From assembly GCA_003344405.1 (NCBI GenBank), contig NOWV01000016.1:124001-188000 (forward strand): a stretch of 64,000 nt of DNA, written 5' to 3'. The stretch is from Trichoplax sp. H2. Its lineage: Eukaryota. The notes beneath the pieces were generated by a model that worked only from the letters and a program-made list of their open reading frames with translations, was not told where the DNA came from and made no database searches. The translations under genes and the position numbers were made by a program. Below, piece after piece: positions 50,736 through 64,000 of this stretch (positions are counted from its first letter, which is position 1; every line of letters starts with the position of its first letter).

Positions 50736-53449
50736 TCTACAACTCCACTAGATACTGCAGTGCCACTTTTAAAGCAACCTTCATTTAGGGATAATAAGAA
50801 CTTTTTAATGATTTAATTAGTTGTTTAGAATGTTTCTTACATGAACAATATAGACCATTGTAATTCAAATTCATAATGTTGCTTTCAGTTGTTAATAAGT
50901 TCTTCTTGTTAATTCAATCATTGCTTTCGATATGATTTTAGAGGCTGGTTTCTGTTATTATCCTTGTGAATATCTATAGCAGATATTTTTCTATTCCATA
51001 TTTATGCAATTGTTCTGGATCATTTTAGATATTTCCTCAAGTAAATAAATGACTTGGAAATTTTATTAACCAAAGTTTCCTGGAAAAAGCGTAAAAGTGA
51101 TTAATAGGAGTCGATACGAAAACCTGTACCTGATTATTTGGCTTTGTATAAGGTAGCAACGTGTAAAAAAAATAGGCATTACTTCTGAAGAAAATAGTGA
51201 AATTGCGAATATTAATTTATACTTTACGTTACACTTATGCTTTAAAGGTATACATATCTCTGGTAGTCAGTAGAATTAAAGTCTACTTTTGACGATCTTA
51301 TACCAGTACACGATTTCCTTTTATCAAAAAGTTCTGTTAAATATGGCTACTTGGGATGTATTTAAATATTACTCTATTTGATCTACAGTATACACAACGG
51401 CAACAAACTAATACGTATTCCAGTATAAATGTGTAACAAGCATTTAAATCAGTCATTCGGGTCGATCTCAATATTCTACAGCACACTAACTGCATCTACA
51501 AAAGAACGTTAGCATGCTAAAACTAACAGCGACTTTAAGACCATCACAAAAAATTTAGGTTTAGAGGGTAAAGATAAGTACAGAAATTCATTTTAAAAAT
51601 ATTGCTGTATGATTTACTATGAGATAATACTTCTACTCTAAAGTAGTAGAGAATAAACTAAATGATCTTCAGCGCCAATGACATCATCATAATAATTCAT
51701 TTGATCTGATGGCAGCGCCTACAAAGGTTCGCTCTTTCCTGCTTAAACATACATATGCGAGTATATATAGAAATCTATATGCTTAGATCATGTACATATA
51801 TCGGTTATATTCGTATATATGTGTAGATGATATAATTACGTATACATTGATTAAGTAGAATCTTTTGTTGCCAGGCTACAAACATCATCGATTGATTTTG
51901 TTTCTTATCTTAAATATACGCGAATATAAGCTTAATCTGTCCCTTTAGAAAAGGTTTTCATAAAAAGGGAGGAATTAAATGAATAACTAACCTTCTACTC
52001 CCGTAATCATCAATGGACTATAAAAAATGACGTAACCTGGAGATGGTATATGTGATCAGAATGCAAAATGGCGAAATAGCTGCCAAAATGTAAAGCAGAT
52101 TTGCGATTACTAACAAAGCCATCGCGGTGAAATTTCCAATTATAGTAGTATTAGGGTACTTTTAAAGCTTTACTGCACCAATTGGGAATCACATCATCGA
52201 TGATATCAGCAGTCATCATCAGCTAAATCGCAGATCTCACTAGAAATTTCTTCCATACTTACCATCGAACGCCGTATCACGATGGTCCGATATCTTATTC
52301 GATAGAATTATTCTAAAGTAGCTTAAGCTTAAGCTATAATGTGGTTCTTAAGTATAGAAGACCCCTATGCTATCACGTAATCAATTTAAAGTGAGACTGC
52401 TCAATGATTGATCTCATTAGCGGTGATTTCAATCGCTTAAGCTATCGTATAAATCTATCTTCCAGTATGGAATTCTTTCTAGACCATTTTGTAATCGTTT
52501 CACAGCTATACTCTAACGAGAGTTAGAAACTCCAATATGGATGATTCAATTCCTGATATATGAAATTGGATAATCAATTGTGAAACTAGGACTAATTCCA
52601 CAATAATAGAGATCCTTTCGGTTTTGATATATATGAATTAGATTAACGGGGGGAAAATAAGAAAGTGAGCACTTTAGTGTATTGACCGATTAGTATTGCA
52701 TTCTAGGCATTTACCGATTTAATTTTAAAATTATCTTAATAGGATCACAGCTAATACACAGTTACCCCCTAAAATATCGATGATGATCCTTTATAATTTA
52801 TAGCGAATATACTATAGAAAATTAAACTGCATCGTTGGCCCATTTAATGATACAATATAACAAGTATTTTAGCAAAACATAAGTAGAAAGTGATAGTTAA
52901 TAAATGACAATAATGATACAAAATCTTCTTTATATGACCTTGAGAGAAAGAATTACAACTTTTACGTAGTACATAGCTATCTATAGCAATCAGATAAAAA
53001 TATCGACAGCATTGTAAACATAATAAATTAGGTAACATTTTACTATTTGCAAGAGCTACTAAGAATGATAATAACAGGATATAGAATAGAAAATAGGAGT
53101 TGAATTCCTGATTTTAAATCATGAAAATAAAATATCAACATCTCTGCATTAATAATAAGCCTGACTCCGTATAATTGAAATACAAATTATCAAAGTGTTA
53201 AAAATAGCCTACAACCGGCAGGTATAAATGTTAATCAATATGAACAAATCAAAACTGAGAAATAGAGGTTATTCTGAGGTTTATATTGGCATAGATTTTT
53301 GATATTTCATGTCAATGATCAGCTACTGGATATTGAAAATCTTGACATCGCGTTACGAAAATATCAAAATAGTAATAGTAGGAGAAATATACGTAGGTCT
53401 TATAAGTTAAAATCTTAATTGTAGGGATACCGAAGGTTAATATTAGAAA

Positions 53450-53700
53450 CAACAGCGAATTATTTCTAGATCGATTTTAGCGCATATTTTTTAATCGAAT
53501 GCTTGATTTACTGTACAGTATATATGTACAGCCTTTGATATTGAAACTTAGCGAACTATTACTCGATTTCTTAGTACATATTTTGCTCATTGACTACTTG
53601 ATTCACTGTACATGTACAGCTTTAGATATAGAAACACCAGCCAGGTATTGTTAGATTGATTTTAGGGCATATTTTGCTAATCGAGTGCTTGATTTACGGT
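53450..53700. repeat. Degenerate ~90-100 bp repeat, about 3 copies, just downstream of the orphan gene
   Basis: GATTTTAG..CATATTTT..(T/C)TAATCGA.TGCTTGATT.AC recurs three times. Confidence 0.55.
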
Positions 53701-53792
53701 ATATATTTGCATGGATTGATTAAGTAACATATCAAATGAATGTAGAGTAAAAAAGAGATTGGATTAAGAATATTCCAGCATTAAATAAAAGT

Positions 53793-56489
53793 CTATTCTT
53801 TATTGCTGGAGTTATCTGTTAATAAATCGAATTGTTGAATTCTCAAACGGTTATAGATAGCTAGTGATGGTTGATGCTTTGGGCGAGTATAGTCGGCACT
53901 ATTTGTCATTCCATTTCTCAAATCTAAAGATAAATAAAATTTTATGGATTAACATTTGTAAGAAATTAAAGTCGGTATGAACGATATAACAGAAATAGAT
54001 ACAATTAGTTTATTTAATTAATATCAGAATACATACTTAAATTTCGGCCACGAGAAACAATACCAACACATTTAGTAATATCAGGCTGGCCCTCAGGCTG
54101 ACGAATTAGTTCCATTGGTAATAATCTGCGATCGCAATGTAAAAATAAATCAGATGTAATATAGAAAAATGATTATACAGTATCACAACATCATCAGATG
54201 GAATTATCCATATATGATACTAATAGAATAATATTTAACTATAAGGTATCGCATTAGTCATTCGGATATGATCGCCTCATTTATGATATCTTTCATTAGA
54301 GAATTACATGCTTGAGCATGTTGGATTAGTCATACACCATGAAGATATACGATATGTGCACTAAATGAAATGATTCTAATCGCAAAATTAACAACCTTTC
54401 TTTCTTCACTCGTAAGAAAATTACTATACTTGAGCATGTTGGATTAATCTTACACTATTAAGATATGACAAATGAAGTGAATGAAATGACTGTAATCACA
54501 AAATTAACAACTTTGCTTTCTTCAATCATAAAAAACTGCTATTCCTGAGCATATTGGATTAATCTTATAATGAAGATACGGCAAATGAAATGATTCTAAT
54601 CACATAATTAATAACCTTCCTTTCTTCAAAGCACCACTTGCTGACGAATTCTTACTCGTTGGACGTTGATTTAAATGCCTAAATTCCCACTGCTGCTTTT
54701 CGAGCCTTTCTGTAGGTAATTGAGTAACTGGTCGTCTAATATGATCATAACTGTCTTTTTGATTTAAGAAGTTTCCCTGATGTTGCATTTTTACTCGATT
54801 AGTGGGAAATTGAGTTACTGGTCGAGTTGTAGTATTATTGTCATATCTTGGGCTAGAAGCAGTATCATATTGGCTCTGGTTAAACTTTCCTATTGGCAAT
54901 TGCGGAGTTATAATTTTAACTGACTGACTAAACCACTGGTTATATTGAGATTTTTCTGGTCGATTTGAAGGTACTTGAGTTTCAGGTCGTTTTATGACAA
55001 CTTGTCCTTCATTATGATTTGTTGACGTCTCACTAAATTGATGGAGCTGTCGAGGAGAATATCCACTGTATACACCATGACGTGGGCTAAATTTACCCTT
55101 GATAGTAAACATTTCTTCTTCACGTTGTTGTAATCTTTGTTGTTTCTTGGCCAATAATTGTTGTTGCTGTACATCTAAGATGAAATCTTTAACACGTACT
55201 ACCTTTTTAGCCGTAGCTTGGCGTAGTTTTTCAGCTGGTGCTAGGTTATTCTATATTTAATGGATAAGGTATCCAAAATTTTAGTTTATTTATGACCATT
55301 AATGTTTATAGTACTAGGAAATAGTTTACTTTTATTCTAGGTTCCAGTTTCTTCTCCTGAGCTTGTTTGAATGGAGCTTCAACCAATGGGTTTGTCTTGA
55401 TTACTTCCTCATTAGTATTGATTTGATGTTGATTCGATAGGTAATATCCAGTTTTAGCTAGGAAATGCAATTCTTCTTGTTTCAGTGGCTCTAAAAGTGG
55501 AAATGCCGTAATAATTTCATAAAATTTATTACTGCTGTACTAAGCAGAGCATTTATTGAAGTATTAAACAATTTACTATATTAAGAAAAGGATCATTTTT
55601 AGTTATCTTTATAGAGTAGTAAGGGACTAAAGTGTTGTCGCCAATACTAAATTTTAAATAAATCATAGACATACTTTCATTAACAAGACCAGTTGGTATA
55701 TAGTTTTTCTTGTCAGTTATGATATTGCCATTAGGTTTTGTATACTAAATAACGTAAATAGATATAGAAGTTATATTTTGTAAGCATATTTGGCATTTAA
55801 TCTATTATAAAAAGGTAATACTGTGTAAAGTTACGAGTATTAGATGGGCAAAATAAGTCAATTCCAATTTTTAAATAAAGATAAAAGAAGATTATTTGTC
55901 AGACTTTTTGAAAAACTTTATATACTAAGATAAGTTTAATCCATTTCTAGAGTAATGAAAATTTTAAAATATTAAAAGAAAAGCTATACTGTATACCATC
56001 AATATTTATTTAATTATAATTTAGCTAATATAAATTATGCCCTACGTAAATATATCAATGCTAGCCGATAAAAATTAAGTTGTAATTCAGGAAATTTATA
56101 GTGATATCTAAAATGGGTAGCATTAACTGGATTCTCGATAGCTATAATCATTTGGGGACTTATATGAATATCTAAGAAATAGTTCAATTTTATGGTAAAG
56201 TTTGCGCAAATTCATTGCAGCTATGTTGTACTTTCATTTATACATAGTTCATAGATAGGGTCTACTAAAATATGAGAAATCACTGCCTTAAGGTTTTACT
56301 GTCTATTCGATTTTGTAACTTTTTATTTATGTCTACCTGTAAGAATCGAACTCTTTTGTGGCGATTCTTCTTTGGTCGTGGGAATACCGCCTGATTGCCA
56401 GCAGTATTGGCAAAACGTCCATCAAGTAGGCTTGGTTCATCTCCATCCATACCCAGACCAGAATCTGGTCGGGCTGGGATATCTGCCAT
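53793..56489 (-). CDS. Uncharacterised, mostly disordered protein (6 coding exons) with an RVxF motif and repeated RP(V/E)TQxP motifs; candidate ciliary protein
   Basis: Phase-consistent GT-AG splicing gives MADIPARPDSGLG...KNRHKRVRFLQ|YTKPNGNIITDKKNYIPTGLVNE|KPLKQEELHFLAKTGYY...|NNLAPAEKLRQ...RPETQVP...RPVTQFP...RPVTQLP...GALKKG|RLLPMELIRQPEG...|...QFDLLTDNSSNKE*. No recognisable family. Confidence 0.7.
54310..54630. repeat. Three ~118-bp tandem copies in an intron of the orphan gene that duplicate the exon end and 5' splice site
   Basis: TGAGCAT(G/A)TTGGATTA...AAATGAAATGA(T/C)T.TAATC.CA.AATTAA.AAC.TT..TTTCTTCA recurs at ~54312, ~54431 and ~54546. Confidence 0.75.
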
Positions 56490-57562
56490 ATTTTGGCTAC
56501 AGTATAATCTTTTCCAATCTAATGAAAACAAGTTTCAGGATAATAGTTAGCACCGAATTGAAAGAGCTAAATTCAATACACTACATCAATATCACATAGA
56601 AGATTGACTCTTTGCAATATTGGCAGCGATTACCTAAATGCTACTTTTAGCAATAACTGTTATATGCGTTAGACGTATGCGAAAGACAATAATAATCAAA
56701 ATAATATGATCGCTATCAAGTCCCGATAGTAAGTCGCTGTTGATGATAATTTTTCTAAAGTCCTACAATTTAATAATCGAGCCCAGTCTTAGTTACTATC
56801 GTGATGCAAACAACTTAATGATGAGTAAACGCAATGATAATGGTGTAGTTACATTAATTAAATAGTAAATTGGCTTAAGATAGAATCAATACGCGCAAAT
56901 CATGCACAAAAGTATAATTCTTTGAGCCTGTATTTGAACAAGGAGAATAATGTTACAGAAACTTTAAGTGTCCGCGGATATCGCGATCAACATTGGCTAC
57001 TATTGGCTTCTAAAGCAATAGTAATTACCTTTTAAACTACTGTTTCGCTATAGTATAAGTGCGATAAATTTTAGCTTAACTTCTAATAGTACGATATTAG
57101 TTTAGGCTTCATTTTATGTTCCTATAGGCCAACATAACGCAACAATACTAATCTTTGCGATAATTTTATATTTACATGCTACAAACTAGGTATATTAAAG
57201 AAATCATCCAGAATATACTGCTATCATATGCATTTCATAGTTCACTGACAGTAATTAAAGATCTAATTTCTTTCGCGTAGATTACATTTATCGTAGATTT
57301 CTTATCTTTATCAGATCTAATCAATGCTAGTAGATAATAATTTATGACAGATGTCTTTTACCTTTTAAGATCTATACCTTATTATCTAATAGTAAGCTAT
57401 CCTACCTTATTGTAAACGGAGAGAAATTGGATTTCAAGACATCGAAACCCATAGAGCGTAACTTTGTCTGCAATTCACATTTATCAGACATAAAAGAATT
57501 TATTTATGTCTATTAATCCCAGACAATCAAACAGTAAACGAAGGAAAGAATCGATTACTACT

Positions 57563-57576
57563 GTTTCCATAGCAAC
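57563..57576. promoter_or_regulatory. RFX X-box (GTTTCCATAGCAAC) upstream of the orphan minus-strand gene
   Basis: Near-perfect X-box about 1.1 kb upstream of the ATG. Candidate minus-strand 5'UTR splice donors lie around 57360 and 57405. Confidence 0.7.
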
Positions 57577-60452
57577 GGAGAGGAATCGACTATGCAACAC
57601 CATAATAGCATCTTGATATCACTGGTAATATTCCACGTTGTAATATAGTTATTATTTATGTAGAAATGGATTTAATTATTATGGCTTTAAAATGTTGACA
57701 TTAAAGTGTTTATTTCTTTCTGTTTATATACTAATTTTAACTTTAAAATATTGACTATAAAGTGTTTAGTCCTTTCCCTTCATATAATAATTTTAACAGA
57801 TTCTAATTAACGTCGTGGTGATAAATTAGAAATAGATAAATCAGAAATGAATTTGATAATTATGGCTTTAAAATGTTAACTATAAGGCGTTTATTCCTTT
57901 TTGTTCATGTACGTAATTTTAATAGATTATAATTATTGCTGCGATGACAAATTAGCATATGACTAACAACCAATCATGTACCGGTAATATTTATAACAAT
58001 CCGACTCATAGCTCCTAGCTGTTGGTAAAGGAAGTGGTATAATGTTTTCCATTAAATGATAAAGGGAAGGTATCGAAATTTACGTTACTTCACTGTTTTG
58101 TATATTAATTTCTGACTACGAGATTAAAGGTTCCTCTAATACATGCGACATTTCTAACGTCTTGAGATCATTCTAAGTGCGCTTTTAAGTTTTTAGGTCA
58201 TTGAGTAAGGATACCACTGTCATAACTACACCCAGATTCGATATTTCTCGCAAACAGGGTGTAATTTACACTACTTCAGTTGCGCTCACTCTTTATATTT
58301 CAAGGCAATAAATCTAAAATTATTAGGATCTAGATATTTTCAGAATCTAGTTTTGAAACCTATGCGATTTCAACTATAATTTGGGTATCCTTATTTCTAA
58401 TTAAAATTAAAGTGTACAGTAAATTCGATATTTTTTACTAGCTAAGATTTGCAAAAGTAAGAAAACTGTATCTGGAATATCAGTATTACTAAAATCTTTG
58501 AAAGATGCTGGTCAGATAGCTTGTAACAGTGGACATTCAAGTTTATTCCTGATTTATAGCTTACTAAGCGTCTAGTTAAGAATAATCAACGATTTCAGGC
58601 AAAGCTTATACATTACTAGTGACGGAATCTTGTTAAAATATGCAACTACTCGATCATAATTCATTAGTGGACGTTATCATTTTTAAATATTATGGTGGCG
58701 CTCTAACATTAGAGTACACTTAGGTATAGCTTTAACGACGTGCTAGTTAGATGTAGAAATATAGTAATGAGAGAAGGCATGATGACAGTATCAAGATATA
58801 CTCGTATCTATTGTTCGGCATAAGGATTGCTTTTAATTAATTAATTAATAAATCTGTTGGTGTGGTATAAATATAGCTATATCTTCGTAAAGACACTGTA
58901 TCAATGAGTTATTAGTAATAAAGATTTCAGCAAGTATAAGCTATATAGGGATCTATACTAAAAAGTAGTTTTTATGAAATTAAATAAAGGATTATCTCAA
59001 TAAATTTTATTAATAAAATGGAAAAGGTATTTAATTCCGATTTATAATATTTTTCGTTCGTGGCCGAACTATATTAAATATTCTTTATCACTTAGGGCTA
59101 TTACTAATATCTAGGTTAAATAGACTTGCTCAATTAAGCTGTAATTTATCAATATTAATGCAATGAAAATTATAAGCTATTTGCCTATAATTTAGAGGTT
59201 TAATTTGTTACAGGGTTAGAATGTTTCATGGGACCTAAACCATACGATATAACTATTACCTAATCAGGGTTTCAACTTTTTAGGAATATCAATAAATTTC
59301 TAATAGCCATTTATGTACGTATGATAAATATAACCCTGCAATAATGTTAGCTCTATTGTTGTCTATCCATTACTATATAGAGCTTCATCTCATGATCGGA
59401 ATCGGGTCTAACTCAGCCTTATTATTAATGCTAATGATTGATATATGTATATTCAGTATTTTCGAAGGTATACGAGCGTAGTAATATGTACTATCATACC
59501 TATAGAAAAAATTTAAAGCTACACATACTCTAATTGCTTTGCTCGGGTATATAACTCATCACTAACTGATTGTTCTAGTTAACTACTGTACCAAACGTAG
59601 AAATTTGTAATCTATTAAATAATTATTATCGACATGAAATGAACGAGAAATCCTCATAGTGTGTCTATTTACCAGTGTAGTATATCATTCTCCTAATGAT
59701 ATTCTACTTCTTTCGTGAATTGCTATCCTATACATGCTAAGTTTTTACTTTATTTATCATTCTAGTCATTAGTTTATCAAGACCAAATACAAATTATTTA
59801 ATTGCATTTATTAAATCATACCATTTCTTTTTCCTTGCATTTTGAGAAAAAAACCAATCTATATTCCAAATTATTAATTGATATTGACCATTATACAAGA
59901 CATGTATGCGTAGTATTTATAATTATGATTTATCAAATTATCAGTTAAGGAAAAATGGCTAGCTCTTTGGTTAATTTATCTTTTGTTGTTTGATAAAATT
60001 GTAGCAAAAGTAAAGTATCTTTGCTGTGGTAAAGAAAACAAAGTAGGAACGAACCATAATTTTTTATTCTACATGTAGGTCACACGGAAGACTTTGAATG
60101 TATTATTTCTTTAGATATTAAGGTATATATATATTTATGTATATATATTTGTATATAGTGGTGTCACTATTTTCTGTTCTTAAGATCGCTTAATAATAAG
60201 CTTTTAATTTTTGTTAATATAGACGATGATATGGAAAAAGATACGAACAGCGATCTTTATGCTAATTTTCTACTCATTTCAATCCAATTATTATGGTATT
60301 TTAAGTGATAGATTACAACTATTGCTATGGTACTATGGTGACAAAAATGATAAAATGCGAAGTAGTGATCGTTAAAATCTCTTACAGTAATTTGATCATA
60401 TTGAATTCATGGCTTGTTCTACTATGCTTTAAATTTATCTATGATTCGCCTT

Positions 60453-61340
60453 CTACTGATGTTTAGCACGTGCACGAATCATAACAGATTGGCCCAATTT
60501 TTGGCGTATTTCATCTCTTGTTTCGACATATTTTTCTGCAGTTTTTAATTTCAACATTTGTTTCAATTTAAATTCAGCATATTGTAATTCTTGTTCACTT
60601 GCTTTACTCCATGTTGAATCGCCATGACGATAAGATGATGATAATGGCCCAGTTGGATCAAGATAGATTTCTTTTTGTTGTAAGGTATCGTAGATGGTAT
60701 AAATATCTTCAACAACAAGACCAACTTGGGTTAATATTGAACTGACATCATCCAAAGTATAACAGCGATCGATGCATAATTGCTTTGCACGTGGTATTAA
60801 ATCCATATACCAATAACTATCAATTTGTTCTTTCGTTGTAAAATTAACAATTACCATGCCATTATTCTTTAAGACACGATTAATTTCACGAAAAAAGTCC
60901 TTTAATGTTGGTAATCCACCCGATAAATGATGTAACATTTGACAGTTGCAAATGAAATCAAATTGATGATCATCGAAAGGTATTGCTGGTACTTGTGCTT
61001 GGATTAATTCAGCTTGTACTTGATGTTGATCTAATTTGGTTCGGCATTGCGCTAGCATGGCTTGATTCATATCGATACCATAAGCTTTGTCCACTTGAGT
61101 AGCTAATCTGGCTAAATAATTACCACTACCGCATGCAATTTCTAATAAACTAATGGATAAATCCTTGCTGCCATGGCTCTTCTCATTTTTAACCTGACTT
61201 AAAGAATCACTAAGATACTGTAATCCTACGGGTAGACGAGACGAGTCATAATCGTCGATGATATTGTGGTTATAATTTAGGTAGCACACCATTTTATCTT
61301 CGATGCCGTTGTTATTATTGTGATTACTAGTGGTCTGCAT
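60453..61340 (-). CDS. Class I SAM-dependent methyltransferase (Methyltransf_11/25-like), intronless
   Basis: 295-aa ORF with motif I LLEIACGSGNY, post-I GIDMNQAML, motif II IPFDDHQFDFI, QMLHHL, and EINRVLKNNG. Confidence 0.88.
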   Translation of the reverse strand: MQTTSNHNNNNGIEDKMVCYLNYNHNIIDDYDSSRLPVGLQYLSDSLSQVKNEKSHGSKDLSISLLEIACGSGNYLARLATQVDKAYGIDMNQAMLAQCRTKLDQHQVQAELIQAQVPAIPFDDHQFDFICNCQMLHHLSGGLPTLKDFFREINRVLKNNGMVIVNFTTKEQIDSYWYMDLIPRAKQLCIDRCYTLDDVSSILTQVGLVVEDIYTIYDTLQQKEIYLDPTGPLSSSYRHGDSTWSKASEQELQYAEFKLKQMLKLKTAEKYVETRDEIRQKLGQSVMIRARAKHQ

Positions 61341-62039
61341 AGTTGTTTTAGTCGTCGATAATTTTCGAAATCCTCAGCAAGAAATTAATGGAATGAATAT
61401 GCTCAAAGTACAAGTGAAGTTGTATTTCAAACTCTGTTAGTACTAGAATGTGATACTAGTAACAATATTAAGAACTTGACGTTGATTATATAACCCTTTA
61501 TTAACGTAAAGAGAGATGAGTAAAGGAAGATAATATTAACTCTTTTAAAGAAATCGAATAATGGGCAATAAGTTTGTGTGTAAGATCCCTATTCATACAT
61601 CTTTTCTACAATTGTTTATAGCAGGTTTATATGGACTTTATTTGGGAATAAGAACTAAACTACGAATTTTTTTCGTTATTTTGGTTATTTGAGAAAAGAC
61701 TAATAAAGTTTCTATTCATTTAGGTACTTTACATTGCAGACAATTGCTTTCACAATCTAAATGATGATACATTGATCAATGATCTCTATAATTTATTGAT
61801 ATTAAAGTTATCAACTCTGTTACAACAGTAACAAGGCAAGCGTTAGCTTAAGTACCAAATAAACATTAGATTATGAGAAATCATTTAAATTTAAGATGTG
61901 ACTTATTAATTACAGGATCAATTCAAAGACTAAAGAAATTATCGAAATGAATTGTTATCAACAATCGAATTATTAGTTAAAGCTATTATAAATAATAAAT
62001 AAGATACTTATAATAATTCCATGAAACAGAAGAGTAAGT

Positions 62040-62500
62040 GAATACTCGCATGAGAGCGTTACATCGACCAGAACACAACGTGGGTCCCAAGATTTGCTCA
62101 TGGTACACATACTTGGGAATTATCGATAATTTAGTTTGCTATATTAATAACTATTATTATATTGATTGCTTTCAATTCCTATTTTGCCATTTCTATGCCA
62201 ACCTGATCGGTTTTTCTGAAATGATAAGCTGAGGACTTTACTTTGATTACAGTAATTCAACTGGATCATGAAGTATAGATCAATGATCTTTAAGTGAGTT
62301 AAGGAATTTAAGGAGAAAGAAATTGCCGCAATTGTTTCGACTGGCATTCATAACCGCCTTCATAATACTGTTGTTAGGGTATATGTTATTTCAGCTTGAT
62401 CGAATTGTGCGGATATCAATATTTTAAATAATCTTGTTTATGAATAATTCATATCGATAAATTGTTTATTGTCCAATCTCATAGGAATAGCGTTTTCACT
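62040..62500 (-). pseudogene. Possible degraded leucine-rich-repeat coding remnant
   Basis: LRR-like fragments in different frames, broken by stops: SLTHLKIIDL, SKVLSLS, KLSIIPKYV. Weak evidence. Confidence 0.2.
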
Positions 62501-64000
62501 TTTTCCCTAAACTTGAGAAGAGATTGATAGTTTGATCTTGGTAGTTGTCCCCAATGGTTGGATAATTTAAATGAAATACGATTGAATAGCCGTAGTAATA
62601 TAACAGATCAAAATTCAACAATACAGTCGCAGGAAGGCGTGAATGATGTTATAATCCTAAGCTAGCAGTATGCGTCATGATTAAAGGCGGTCAATATCAT
62701 CAGCTGATTACTATCATCGCATAACATTGTCTTATAAATGGATAGATTAACATATGTGAACTGCACAATAAGAGAGTAGTTGAACACTTTGTGCTGTTGG
62801 TATTTGAAATAGCGTCTTGATCATCAGGGCTAATGATTCATCAAATCTATCGTGTAGAACATTCCTGTTTTATGCTATAGTTCGAGGGTCTAAAGTGGGG
62901 TACTAAATAAAGGTAATAGGAATCATCGTTGATATTGCAATGATCTATTGTTTGGATTTGGTACTAATTTACATGATCCATGGTTCAATTCCAATATAAA
63001 TTATATTGTGAGATACAATTTTTACATGATAGTTTACACTCAGACTCGACATTCCTCTAGATAATAAATATTATATTATTTTAGACGGAGCTCCAGTTAT
63101 AGATTAGGGATTGATTCTCTTTGTTAATTTTATTCCAGCATTTATTTAGTTTAAAATTCAAAAAATCGGGCTTGGCAATATTAATTGATTATCGTGTTGT
63201 CCCTGCCTGTTATAAATAAGTACATCTTGAGAGTTTACATAAATTATGATTTGTGTAGTACAATTATATAATTCCTAATATCAGTAGTTTAAGTATGAGT
63301 TGAGTGTAGAACAATTAAAGTCCGATATTTGTAAACAAGAGCAACTGGATTAATTTTACAATTTGACTATGAAAACAAGTATAATATTGGCGGTTCTAAC
63401 CTTTATAATGACGATTATCTATTTATATCTAAAAAAAATTATTTAGCAAGGAGTTATTATTAATTAAAATTGAGAAGCATTGAAAGCATTGAATATCTAG
63501 CTCTCGGTAGTTTATTGATTAATCCTTAATTAATATGCAATAATATAAAATATCAAATTATTCTGTAAAACTGATAGCAGAAATTTGATATCTTGGCATC
63601 ATTTCCTGAATTTGTTATTATGTTTGTTGCCTTAGCGATAGGATCTTAGTTTACTGTATTGAGCAATGATATTAACGTTATGAATGCAGCACTGATGAGC
63701 TTGATGTTCATTCTACTGAACAAAAATTACTTATTTCTAGGCCTAACTTATGCAATCATCTGCAATGAATAACCAATACCATACATTACTGTAGCCTAAG
63801 CTACAGGCTTAATTTGATCTTTCCTTAACACTAATTCATGATGTTGAAGTTATCGCCTTTCAAGTTATCTGATAATAATCAAAACTGCCCAATAAGCTAA
63901 TAAAATAGCTTTGAAGATATAGTTGTTATGTATGATAGACTGGTAATGTCTAGGAATTAGGGCAGATAAATTGCATAGCTGCCTAACTGATAAGATAACC

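Noticed and set aside
57660-57940. Degenerate AT-rich ~190-bp duplication upstream of the X-box
   Set aside because: Low complexity and poorly conserved; not distinct enough to call as a separate element.

Overview
AT-rich, gene-dense eukaryotic (animal) genomic DNA with many short (~80-150 bp) spliceosomal introns. The compact layout and clearly metazoan gene set suggest a basal animal such as a placozoan (inference, not proven). Ten spliced or intronless protein-coding genes were reconstructed by hand: ATP13A1 (+), an NSMF/Jacob/NELF-like gene (+), LYRM2 (-), a C6orf136/DUF2358 homolog (+), DUSP12 (-), VPS52 (+), ASPM (+), CTR1/SLC31A1 (+), an orphan gene with an upstream RFX X-box (-), and an intronless SAM methyltransferase (-). 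Highlights: (1) human orthologs of 7 of the 8 named genes lie on the MHC paralogon (6p21.3, 9q32-34, 19p13, 1q23-31), so this looks like a proto-MHC segment; (2) the NSMF-like gene keeps an N-myristoylation start and has an X-box; (3) VPS52 has two U12-type introns, one needing non-canonical AT-AA (or AT-AG) ends; (4) ASPM has a ~4.3-kb IQ-repeat exon with a recent 73-aa trimer duplication; (5) promoter regions are repeatedly tandem-duplicated; (6) a hairpin-rich, unannotated ~240-bp element lies behind CCAAT/CRE boxes at ~46.2 kb. Multi-exon CDS coordinates are start-to-stop spans, and some internal splice sites are tentative. Homology calls come from my recall of protein sequences, not from database searches.
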